This document shows, piece by piece, positions 12,301 to 23,734 of a DNA stretch of 64,000 bases (position 1 is the stretch's first letter; every line of letters starts with the position of its first letter). The stretch comes from Lingula anatina. Its lineage: Eukaryota; Animalia; Brachiopoda. The stretch covers positions 5,394,001 through 5,458,000 of the forward strand of contig CM120645.1 in assembly GCA_051362555.1 (NCBI GenBank), read 5' to 3'. The position numbers and the translations under genes are program-made. The notes beneath the pieces were generated by a model. The model was not told the DNA's origin. It saw nothing but the letters and a program-made list of their open reading frames with translations, and did not search any database.

Positions 12301-15300
12301 GCAATAAGCTTGAAACTAAAGAGATTTATTTGGATTTGCAACGCTCCCTCTGATGAAAATTACATAAATCTATGTACATGATCAGAATCCAATCAAGTAC
12401 ACAGCCTAACATCTTCCCCTTCTCAGAAAGTCCCCAACATACACGGAATTCATCACTCATTTTCTTTAATCAACCATATTTTTAAGCTTCTGATTTTGCT
12501 CGTTTGCTTAAATGATAAAACACTCATTGCCCAAGGGAAATATGCAAGTGGAATCAAGTAAGAAAAGAGAGGGGAAAGGGGGTAGAATGTATAGTATCCC
12601 AACCTCAAGAGACTTCTACCTAGCTAAGTACTGGAAATTAAAAAGACTCACTTACAGTAATTACTTGATCTTTTCAATGGGGAAAACTGTGAATTTTACA
12701 GATACTATACTTTTAAGTCATAATTTCTTATAATTAGAACATTCCAAACGAGTGGTACCAACAAAATTAAAAAGCAGGCTACTCTATAGTTCTATTCTAA
12801 GCAGTAAAAGCACCACAAATCCTATACAGAAGCCTAATTTTTGTGATTATAAAATTATGTATCTAAAAGTTTGATAATTTTTGCCCATTAAAAAGATCGA
12901 GTCATTATTGTAATACTTATTCAGTGTTTTCTACCAGTATGAAAACTACCTTAAGACTCTTGGAGAGAGCCCCCCACCCCCACCCACCCACCCACCCACC
13001 CCCACCCCCACTGAAACACTCACCTGCTGATGACCATGGCACATATAATAGGAGTCCAGCCAGTGTAGACCACTTCATGAGTATACTTGTTCCTGTAGGC
13101 CACCACCAGCCACACTGGAGTGACCACCAGACACAGACTGACCACCAAAGGGGACAGCCACACCTGCTGACCTGAGGAATAACACTCGGCTATTGACTCA
13201 GCAATTCATTTATCTGTTTATCTGCACATTAATTTGATATTAATATCAAAACTTGATTATGACCTAGGTTAACAAGAATTTTTATGCACATGTATTATTA
13301 CAATGTATGAAAAAGACAAAACTGTAAAGTCACAGTTTGAGCTTATGTGTAACATATTAACTTTACCCTTATGTAAAATGTTGCAAACAACCTTTTGGCA
13401 AAAGCAACATGCTTGTATATAGTACTGAAAAGGCCCTGACTACAAGAATCATAATTTATAGAAATTTCATGTACAAACGCAAAAAGGGAGTCACGACCAT
13501 AAACAGAACAACAATAAAACTTCTTGTGGCTTTCAACAACACCATACTAGTTAACAGAAGCCAGGAAAGAGAGGATGGTCAATTCCTTCAAATTGACAGC
13601 TATGAGTATGACCATGCAGTCACTTACCAATGGCTTTAAACAGCACCATACTAATAGAAGCCAGGAAAGTCAGGGTGGTCAAGTCCCCTAGACTGGCAGC
13701 TATGGGTGTGGCCACATTGTCTGGGTTAATCCCACATTTTCTAGACAGCATTACTACACCTATCATTACTATTCCTAAAAAGAAAGCAAATGAAACAAAA
13801 ATTAAACGACAGGGACATAAGTATGAACTAAGAGTAATAACTTTTAAAGGTATACACATTGTTTTTAAAATCTTTAAACAAGATATGAAATGCACTGTAT
13901 TTCATCTTTGAAGAAACAAGACCGAGAGTATGGCAAAATGATCCATGACATTTTTTTCAAAGTACTAAAATACAGCACCACATAATCAAATGAAATCACT
14001 CAATTTAGAGAATAAAAGGTAATGAATTCAATGTCACTGAGCATTGTTAAAGGTAGTCTCTTTTATTTTAAGTCATATTCAATAAGTTTCATAGTACAAA
14101 TTTACCATTAAACACCAATATTCTTATTCATCAAAGCTATTCATTTTCACCCAATTCTGGAAACAAACGCACATTCAAGACAGAGGATCAAAGAAGGGTC
14201 TCTACCTACTGGGTATGTACCACCAGCCAGGTGTGACCCATCAAAGAGGCAACAACACAAAGATATGGTGGAAAACAGTTCTACTGTAACAATAATATTA
14301 TAGTCTGAACTAGGCTAAACCATAAACCAACCTAAGACTAGACTAGCCAAGGATGCTGTCAAGGCACTGCTGGCAGACAATAACAGGGCATGGGACAGAC
14401 TAAACTTGCCCTCAGGTATCCATCCCATCACCATAGCAGCTATGGCAGCAAGAAACCCAACAATGATTGCCTGAGCCTGGAAGTAGAAATGGGACCATAT
14501 GATAGTAAACTAACAAATAATAATACCAATATTTTGATAGCAATGCATGTAGTAGTTGCAAACTGTATGCATTTTAAAATAGTAATTGTGATAGGTGGAA
14601 CAGACACGAAAATTCCATGAGTTTTATAATTATAAGAAGTACAACATATTCATCATTCCCGTAATCTATGTGAGCAAACTTTTGCAAAATCACTGAACAC
14701 AGACTACCACATGGCAGTCATGAATCCTAAAAATCAAACAAATATACATGAAGAATTCAGAGCTACAGTTCAATTCTTAATGCAAACAAGTCTTTAAGTG
14801 GGGCAAAACAGTATTTGACATGTCAGGCAACCTTTTGTGAAATATAATTGTTCTGATATCAACCTGTGTCAGTGCTAAATTCCCTCCTATCATTTTCCAC
14901 TGCTCTGATGCTTTGTCCATGTTCCCCAGATTGGCCTAAAATAGAGAACAACAACCTGTTGAAATTCACAATTCTATTAACTGCTTAGAAAATAGCAATA
15001 AAACCAGTCACTGTTACAGTTTACATTCACAGATATAAAAATGTAATTACTGGCAAAACAGAACAAATTATCATTGCAATTAGTATGCATCTTTTCTCTG
15101 TACAGGATGCACTCATACTGAAAAATGTATGTTTTAAGCAAAGAATATCAGTGAAAATATATTTGTTAAAAGATATTTGTAAAAAAAATAAAATTTCTTC
15201 ATAAAAATGTTGGTATGTTAGAAAGTTGAAATTCTAATTTTTTTATTGCCACATCCAGCAGTTTAACCCACTGAACTTTTACACATGGAAAAACTGTCAG

Positions 15301-16528
15301 ATCTTTTAATTCACGGACTGACAATATGCCTCCAGGACTGGCAGCAATCAAAATCAACTCAGCTTGGCTGTCTGTCATGAAATCAAAACATTTAACAAGT
15401 AAATTATTAATTCAAAATTTCTCTCAAACAAATGACTCATTTGAACTGTCTATGTTTTGAACTTTGTCTCAAATAACTGGCAAAACCTCCACAGCTGTCA
15501 CCACATCTGTGATCAGTTTTACAAAGGAAAAGTTGGTCTTGAATTTAAGACACAAGATTTAGACTATAATTTCAATTCATGATAAATGTAAAATTAGTCC
15601 TCTAAAATACAATCATATGTATTGACCTCACACATTAGCTATCTCTTTCCATGTATAATAAAACAAGCACAATTATGATACTTCATTCAAGGGGACTACT
15701 GCTGATTTATCCTATGTCAAAATGGACTAAAAATTCTATTCCTAAAGTTAAGACCAACTTCGAGTCTACAACTGATTTATCTTTGATCAAAGAAGACTAA
15801 GGCTGCGTTCACATGAAAAATCTATTTTCTAAAAATCTAAAAATCTATTTGCGGTATCTTGTGATCATGGTCTGTGCCCTGAATACCCCTCGGCGTAATT
15901 ACGGGCAGCGCGACCCAGTTACTTCCAAAGCTGTAATTAATTCTCAACGCTGCCAGTAATAGAGGTTGTCCGGGTTCTCAACGAGAAGACCATATTTCTC
16001 CGTGATTTTACGAGATCTGCCTTGAGGTGGGGTTAAAATATGGAGACCACAAGGAAGTAGAGCAGCAATTTCTTTACTTGAAAAATAGCTGAACTTACAA
16101 AATTTTTGAGCTACAGGCTTGTTCTTTTTTCACTTTATAAAGAAAAAGTATTGATATAATATGTACGTACAACTGACATGTTGAATTTGCCAAGCTAAGA
16201 GCCGATGACGCTTGCAAAGCAAAATTCGCCCGGAGAACGTACTACGCAGCAAAGGTCGCGTTTAAACAGGCTACATCACCAGAGATTTGCTTGTGGTACA
16301 GGAAAATGACATTAGTTATACGCATGCCTTTTAGATGAAAGTGGCTAGGATTGAATGAGAATCAGACGGATGATGCCCCAGCAGCTTCCAATTATTGTTT
16401 TATTATTTATATGTAAATAAAATAATCCAGTGCTGTCAAGGGCTTAATTGCTTCAATTTTAGGTTATCATAATTACTATATTTAAATTGTTAACTCCAGC
16501 GTATTGCAATATGAAATTTCCTGCTTCT

Positions 16529-16571
<43 letters not shown>

Positions 16572-19496
16572 AAAATTCTTCAATCGGTGTTGGCTACAAA
16601 CTTCCTTTTTCACTATTTCCCTGATGTAGATGTCAAGAACTTTATATAGTTATCCACTCTTTTTCATTTTTAAATTGTCAATTTATATTACTGTCTTTGG
16701 GATTTTGAAGAGATGCTTGTCTAAACATGCCAGTGGATGCAAAATAAATATATTAAAGATATTGTTCATTTTTTATTGTTCTTCATTGACTGGTCATTTC
16801 ATGAGATTCATTTGAACAACAAAAGATTTATAACTGCAACTATTTTTTCTTTATAAATGTTTTACTATTAAACTTTATTTATAAAGAAGTAAAATAAAAT
16901 CATTTGACATTTCATTTACTGATGGATGGCATATCAGAACATTAGACTTGCCTGCATCTTTGTTTTAATTTCACTAAATTTATAGTAACTAATTCAAAAG
17001 GCTCAAACTTGATCATAAAGTTAATTTTCTTCATTTATTTACTTCTTCATTTATTTACTTCATTTATTTACTTACTTCATAAAATGATGCTATAGAAACT
17101 AATGGATAGCATTCACAAAATGTAAGTTTCATTGTGATCAGATCTGACTTAAATGACAGGAAAGATGACAAAAGAAAGTATTAAAATGGACAACATATAA
17201 GTTGAAATTTTCACAAAATCATTGCATTTTATTGACAGTTATACACAAATACAACAAATAAACACAACATCACAGGCGAAGTTGTATTTGTGATCTGAGT
17301 AAATGATATGAAAAACAGGTGTCATATAGTTATTAAAAAAAGTTCGGGGGGTTCGAAAGAACCACCCTTCTTGCTGGGAAAAGGTCCACTCTGGGTGCAA
17401 TTTGATCTATGTACTTGAGGATTTTATGGTAAAAGGTCCACTTTTTCAGAAAACGAACTCCCCCCCCCCTCTAAAATTGCTGGTTATGGGCCTGATTACC
17501 GTAAAAGACTACACAGTGTATTTATCACAAGTACTAGGGCTGTATTACATTAACAAACCATGGTGTCCTGTAAACTACACACACAAAAGTTACTTATTAA
17601 TATGCCCTCGACCATTGATGATACGGTCTATACGGTGATGCTATGAAGCCAGTGACGTATCGGGTGCGAGTTGTCTGCAGTTGGTCCCTTTCTTCCTACA
17701 AAATACTGCAACCTGATCTGTACTTTAAATATGTCGGCACTTAGTCCTTTTAATCTGATCAAGCCCAACTTCTCTTTCTTCACTTCACTTCACTTCTCTC
17801 GCCAGTCGTGTCCGTCATCCATGGTCATTTTCCTGGTTTTATTGCTTAGCTTTAACTGCAATGCACCCTACGACACAACATTGGCAATTCGCCATGGCGT
17901 TGCTCTATCTCAAATTACATGACAACGCCAAATTTTACTCAATGCAATCCTATAACATAGACTTGTGCCCGACCGCGAGAGAAGTTTCAATGGCAGATTT
18001 TAACCCCACCTCTCGTGAAATCTCGCTCCAATCCAGGTCTCGTTTGACGTCATCTGCTGCGCAGATGTTCAAAATAGGCTATCTCAGACCGCTCCTATTA
18101 CGCCGCGGGATATTCAGGGCACAGACCGTGATCACAAGATCCCGCAAATAGATTTTTAGAAAATAAATTTTTCATGTGAACACAGCCTAAGAGCTTTTGT
18201 CTTAAAGTTCAGACCAACTTTGAGGCTTTTTAAGTTGTTTTGTGCCACTGGCCCCTCTACTTACCTGTGTGGAGAGCCGTGATGCCAGAGTCATTTCCAG
18301 GTTTCCCTTCAGTCCTAATAAAGCTGGGACTAGTATAAACACCTCTGAGACCTTGGCAAACACTTCCCAATGCTAAAAGACAAATGATTATAATTATAAT
18401 ATCAACTATTTACAGTATTTGTTTTCTATTTGAAAGCACTTACATAAAATTAATTGTGCTGTGAAAGCATTAAACATTATGGATAGACACACTATGACCA
18501 AGTTTTGCAGTTAAAACTGGGTCAGCAGAAAAAAATCAACCAATATCAACCAATCTCATTAAAAAGAGGTTTTTAAAATCAGGTTTGATTAAACACAACA
18601 ATAATAATCAGAGAGGTTAAAATGCCATTATGATTTTCTGACCGATGACTGTACTAGTGCTCAAACCAGGAAAAATAAATATGAAATATTTAGAAACATT
18701 TTGCGAATTAGTATGAATTATGCTGGTATAATGATATTTATTGTAAATTTGTACAGAACATATGCTGCTTGTGCTACAGGTACTGGTAATTGAATGAGTA
18801 GACAGCCTTGTGCACAAGATGCACGTACTAGCTAAAAATGTCTACTATACTTTCATTACAAATTTTTACCAGAATACAAAAAAAACAATCTATTTTAAAC
18901 TCTTTGTCAATTAGTTACTCTTAAAAAATAAGTCTGTGAGTACAATCCTTCACCCCCCCCCCCCCCCCTTAAAAAAAAAACAGCCAGCCAATTGACTAAA
19001 AACAAAACTTTTGTAGTCTTACCTGCACAACATCTAACACTAGGCCTGCTCCTACAGTTCCAAACCCAGCTATGAGGTAAGGAACAAACACCTGCAGAGC
19101 AATTGTCAGAGCTGTCTCTTCTGTCTCAGGGGGAGGAGAACGAAACTCAAACTCTGGCCCATCATCAAAATCTCCCTCTAGCTTCCTACTTGCTTCTCTG
19201 TGTTGTTGCTGCAGCAGGGGTTCTGTGTCACTTACAATTTCTTCCTCCTCTAGCGGTGCACTGCCATTACTTAATGAATTTCCAGAAGCTGTCCTCAACG
19301 TTTCAATAGTATTGTCAAGAATAGCATGTGAGCCATTGTGTTTCTGATGGACATATTTGTCTCCAGGTTCTCCAGATCCTCTCCTATGGCGTGGAGAGGT
19401 CAATTCTCTGCCTGAGTCATCACCAGATTTGTTGGGTATTGTCGTAGAGCAGTTAGGAAGGATGTGAGGGACCATCTTTTTACGTACATGTAACAT
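3194..19496 (-). CDS. SLC41A1: SLC41-family (MgtE-like) Mg2+ transporter, SLC41A1/A2-like; join(19023-19496,18265-18372,14864-14935,14332-14476,13628-13774,13024-13171,9313-9386,6281-6415,4172-4320,3194-3379), 1638 nt, 545 aa
   Basis: Spliced by hand: all 9 introns are GT..AG with matching phases. The product carries SLC41 signatures [96 protein letters not shown] and C-terminal GDKDADVGD. Paralog number (A1 vs A2) is not resolvable. Confidence 0.95.
3463..3960. repeat. 56-bp minisatellite, ~9 copies, in the last SLC41 intron
   Basis: An AAGTC anchor recurs every 56 bp (G at 3505, 3561, 3617, 3673, 3729, 3785, 3841, 3897, 3953); the variant TATGAAGTCCATATC recurs 168 bp apart. Confidence 0.95.
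4172..4320 (-). CDS. SLC41A1: SLC41 coding exon 9
   Basis: TTTCAG|[50 protein letters not shown]|GTGAGA, 149 nt. Confidence 0.94.
6281..6415 (-). CDS. SLC41A1: SLC41 coding exon 8
   Basis: TTCAG|[45 protein letters not shown](G)|GTATGC, 135 nt. Confidence 0.94.
8621..8882. mobile_element. Tourist/Harbinger-like MITE, same family as 44611-44825
   Basis: Imperfect ~40-bp TIRs GACCCCATTCCCATAG... / ...CTATGGAAATGGGGCC; flanks TTG and TTA. Confidence 0.6.
9313..9386 (-). CDS. SLC41A1: SLC41 coding exon 7
   Basis: TTTCAG|[25 protein letters not shown](G)|GTAATT, 74 nt. Confidence 0.93.
13024..13171 (-). CDS. SLC41A1: SLC41 coding exon 6
   Basis: CTCAG|[49 protein letters not shown](S)|GTGAGT, 148 nt. 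Confidence 0.93.
13628..13774 (-). CDS. SLC41A1: SLC41 coding exon 5
   Basis: TTTTAG|[49 protein letters not shown](G)|GTAAGT, 147 nt. Confidence 0.95.
14332..14476 (-). CDS. SLC41A1: SLC41 coding exon 4
   Basis: CCAG|[48 protein letters not shown](G)|GTTGGT, 145 nt. Confidence 0.93.
14864..14935 (-). CDS. SLC41A1: SLC41 coding exon 3
   Basis: TTTAG|[24 protein letters not shown]|GTTGAT, 72 nt. Confidence 0.92.
15801..18187. mobile_element. PIF/Harbinger-like non-autonomous DNA transposon, 2387 bp, in an SLC41 intron
   Basis: ~90-bp TIRs (GGCTGCGTTCACATGAAAAATCTATTTTCTAAAAATCTA...CTGTGCCCTGAATA) with 3-bp TAA TSD on both sides; no intact transposase seen. Confidence 0.85.
18265..18372 (-). 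CDS. SLC41A1: SLC41 coding exon 2
   Basis: TTTTAG|[36 protein letters not shown]|GTAAGT, 108 nt. Confidence 0.95.
19023..19496 (-). CDS. SLC41A1: SLC41 coding exon 1 (N-terminal tail + TM1); alternative start ATG at 19475
   Basis: [11 protein letters not shown]...[26 protein letters not shown]; in-frame TGA upstream; donor CAG|GTAAGA. Confidence 0.9.
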
Positions 19497-19616
19497 AAGT
19501 ATTAACTCTCTTCGATGTACAGTATAACCTAGATTTGTCTTTCAGCTGAGGTGGTATCATGGCATTGTATCTTTGCCGTTTTACCACAGGGTTTTGGGCA
19601 GTGGGGAAGGCTGCAT
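19480..19616 (-). promoter_or_regulatory. Three upstream ORFs in the predicted SLC41 5' UTR
   Basis: ATG 19616 MQPSPLPKTLW*; ATG 19565 MP*; ATG 19560 [26 protein letters not shown] (stop 19480-19482), which overlaps ATG 19496 out of frame. Confidence 0.5.
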
Positions 19617-20046
19617 AATCTTAAGTTAAAATGTAATAAAACATAAGTTATCATATGTTTCACTGGCAATATAATGGTTAAGCACAATCACAACAGTATA
19701 AAAACTGTCTGCTTGAAATGACATGGAATTGCCTTTCAGATGAATAGACTTTAAACTGTATATAGCTTTTGGTGCAATTATATAAAACAGCAGATATTAT
19801 TTCGTAAGTACATGAGCATCAATATTGGACTGTGAGTGTGTGAGCGTATTACGACGAGCAGCCAGCTGACCAAACTAAACAAACTTGATCCTTGCTTTAA
19901 ACATACACAGCTCATGCGACTGCAGTCTGTATTTAGTCTTGCATTTACATATTACATTTTGAATTTTCTTATTAGGATGTCATCTGTTTGGCAGCAGTGT
20001 GGAAATTAAGTGTTAAAATATTTTTTACCCACCGTAAAACACGTAC

Positions 20047-20150
20047 ACATCACAAAGCTGCCATATTGGATCTCGTGATCAGCGAGATCTCACTCGGAAA
20101 GGAGGAAGGAAATCGCTATCGTCTGCTTGTGGTTTTGACAGACTCGTCTG
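20047..20150 (-). promoter_or_regulatory. Candidate SLC41 promoter and short non-coding first exon
   Basis: Local CpG enrichment, YY1-like AATATGGCAGC, palindrome GATCTCG..CGAGATC (TCTCGCGAGA-like), donor T|GTACGT at 20046, and a matching acceptor TTAAG| at 19620. Confidence 0.45.
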
Positions 20151-20416
20151 CTTTAAGAGTTTTGTAGAGCAAAGGGATTGGATTTAAAAGGTTGACTACT
20201 CAGAAGATTCCCCATTCCTCGTGAACCACTTGAACATTGGGCTGACAGGCTGTGATCTACAAAACAAGTTTCTTTACATAAATTCACCGTCATTTTTTTC
20301 GTGATAACTTCAGACATAACGTTAACTGTTACAAATAAATTAAAACTGTGCAAAAGAGCTCTTAATCCTGATTGCGAGAGATATTCATCATTACTGTTGT
20401 CTTACACACAGTAACG

Positions 20417-20463
<47 letters not shown>

Positions 20464-21827
20464 GACCTGTGATCAATTGATATGTGAGAAAAGACACTAC
20501 ATTAGACTGCACGTAGGCCTACGTGGAGCAAAAAATTGAAATATTGTTCGCCTCTGAACGGTTAGATCTAAAAGCCTAATCTAGTACGAAAATCAGTTTG
20601 TGCTGATATTTCCTATTTTGCATCTGTTGTGTGACGATGAATAATATATTCCTCTACGAGAAATGGCCATTTTTTCTTTATTATTTCTGAAGTATGTTTT
20701 AGGGGACCTAAACTTGAACCATTTAAAGATACTCTTGCATGAGTTTGAAAATTCCCAAAATGCTTATTTTTGCCAATCACAACTTCTTACAAAACCTTAC
20801 ATTCACCTTAAAAATTTGTCTAACCACCTATAGGCCTATATTTTTTGGAGCGTACCTGATGTTAATATTTAAATTGGAGTTTATATATAAGTAGTAGGCC
20901 TAGTGGCTGATATCAATTATTCGGATTTCCATTTTGATTACCTAATCCATTATTAAAACACCTATATGAGTTTGGTCATTAACAAGCGTCCTTAACTAAC
21001 TAATATCAATTTTGTTCGCACTAATCTGGAATGCGTTACATGACGGTCGTTCAACGGTACATCTACCGCAATCAGATGAAGTCCCTACATGTGAGGCTTT
21101 TCATCAACCTCATCATATGTTTTTATCTCAATGGATGACATAGACCTGTTCTTCCTGTCCCTGCCCCCATGGCCGAGCTCAGTGCCATTGCAGATACATT
21201 TAGTAAATCGTGCATTTTTAACAGAATAACTCTTTTTTATTGAGAAGGTTTCAGAGTAGGCCTATATGAACTTTATGTAGGCCCATATCCGAGTAGGTAT
21301 AGGCCTATTTCCCGAGGAGACATTGGGTGAAAACGCCATCCACTATACTTTAAAATGTTCGCCATTCAGAAAAATATCAGTCTTAGAAGACTGCGGAATT
21401 GTGGTTGAAATAAAAATTATACAGAATATATAATTTCATTTCCCTTAGATTCTGTTTGATTGTGTTTGTGCACCAGCGAGGGTGAGCGATTTCGCGTCAT
21501 ATTGGGTGTATGTATTGGTGGATAAGTTTTGTTTCTGTCATCATTGCGCAAATTATCTGATTTAGTTACAGCATGCGTTCTGTCTGGATCTAAAAACGGG
21601 CCTTACCCCATATAGCACACCATGTACCACTAGTCGTACCCACTGCCTGAACGAGGACTTCTTAATACAAATACTGACCAAGAAACCAGTCCATGTTGCT
21701 TTTAACTTGATATTATGCACAGTTTAATATACGGAAAAAAAGTATTTTGAGCCAGTGTTTCAATCAACACCTTTAACACTCTGTAACGTACACGCCGAGG
21801 TTATGGCACCTTGACAGTTGCCATATC

Positions 21828-21851
21828 CAAGGAGTTATAACAAACTCCTTG
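21828..21851. mobile_element. P-element-like excision footprint or minimal remnant, 24 bp
   Basis: CCATATC|CAAGGAGTTATAACA+AACTCCTTG|CCATATC: 7-bp TSD around 15 + 9 bp of the same TIR as 25153-30416. Confidence 0.8.
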
Positions 21852-23698
21852 CCATATCCGAACTTCCGTGTCCAAGTTTTATTTTCACTCTTGATATATA
21901 TAATTTATTATAAAATTTTGGATATTAAAGATCAGCCAGTAAGGGCATTTAAGAAAACGTCCAAGAAAATGGAAATAAATGTACTCGTTACGATATCAGA
22001 GTTTGAACGGCCCCACCTCAATATTTGAATCGTGAAACACCATATAGGCCTAAACACTTTCTTGTCGTATTTTGTGTCTCAATTTCTTATAAAGAAATTG
22101 AATACTAATTTAAGGAGCGACTAAGATCGTGCATTAGTAAATTGCCCTTTAGTTTGCTGCTTGTTTATTGACGGAAGGCAGAAGCGATTACAACTTGTGC
22201 TAATTATGTTAAATCACGTTTTCAATGCAGGGGGCGGAGGTAAATAGAGGAGCGAGAAAACCCTTTATAGTACATTTCACGCGTTTTCCTGCATGTTATT
22301 AACCTTCTCAATGAAGGGAATTTTTGCAATTATCAGATTGTTTATTTGTTTCCTCAATACGAAGAAAAGGCGCACAATACGAGTCAAATGCCACTTCTTT
22401 TATTTACGGACAGAGAATATGAGGAAGGTGCACCCGATAACTTGAGTGTGTTTGCCTAGTTTACGGCTGATCAGTAAGCAAATCAAGCTATGTTATTCAG
22501 AGGTGCCATTTGCTTCAACTGGGTAGAAAAGGAACAAATCGGTGGGATTGTTACCCCTAATTTACTGCTATTAATCGGAGAGTTTACATAGAACCCTTGG
22601 GGTCGTACGGAGTTTTGGCAGCGTATCAGTTATAACAAACTCATATAACCTTTCTATTAACCAAAGGTACGCTTGCCAGCACACGTGGAATTTTTACTTC
22701 CATAAAGTCAAAGTATTACAACGGGAGGACGTTTCACCGGTCATACACTAGGACATGACATCGCATAACTGTACAAATTTACGAATTGGAGATTTGAAAA
22801 GTTGTTGACTTATTTAACGAAATAAAAACAGACGGAATTTTGACATGCTTCAGGTATTTACTTTGTTGAATAAACTTTTCAAAATCCCGTTCTCATTAGG
22901 AATTCAACCTTCGTCATTCATGAGAGCAGGGGCCCAGTGCAGTTACGATAAAAAAAAAACGATTAAACACAAATAGGAATTAAATTCCTAAACTTGGGGT
23001 TTCACTTTCAAAAATATTTCTAAAACAAATTATCATACACTGCTTAACGCGCCTTGGGAGGTAACCCGTGAATTAAGTATTTAATTATTAACCCTCATAC
23101 GTGAAAGAAGTGGCACCATAATTATTCCCAAATAAACATTTCAAGAATTTGTGATAAATGCACAACTTTGCATCACATGGCCTTGTGAAAAGATTTTATA
23201 TCAAATTCTAGCCTTTGATCCGACCCCTCCGGTTAGCATATTAGGGTATAGTATGTAAAATACAAAGAAAGTGCGTGTATTAATTGACCCACCCAGATAT
23301 CACTATGCCTTTTATCTCGCGTAAAACAATAGGCAGTTGTTAATGAATTATCCCTATGGCAACAGAGATTGCGTGAGCATATCCTCTGTTCTTTGATTGG
23401 GAATAAGTTCATCACCGGTTCTCGTTTGTTCTTCATAATTAAACACAACGAGGTCTTTGTCTTCCCGTGTGTTGACCTTAGCAAATTACGAGTACCGGTA
23501 TAATGGGATTTGTGTTGAACGCCAAACGAAATCTCGCTCGGGTGGTCGATAGGTTGTAGTCGATAGGGCGTGAACCATTTTATTTGCCGCATCTTATTTT
23601 CTAAATATTATGGCATACATGTATATACACAGATATGATAATTTTGGACAAAATAATTTCAGCATGGATTGCCTCTGTGGGAAGACTTTTAACAAAAG

Positions 23699-23734
23699 CA
23701 AGGACATAATGAGAGATCTCTCATTATGTCCAAG
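23699..23734. mobile_element. Second P-like footprint or minimal remnant, 36 bp, different TIR family
   Basis: ACAAAAG|CAAGGACATAATGAGAG-AT-CTCTCATTATGTCCAAG|ACAAAAG: 7-bp TSD around a 30-bp perfect palindromic core. Confidence 0.65.

Noticed and set aside
20723-20770. Kolobok-like left end resembling 789-1205
   Set aside because: No matching right TIR or TSD found.
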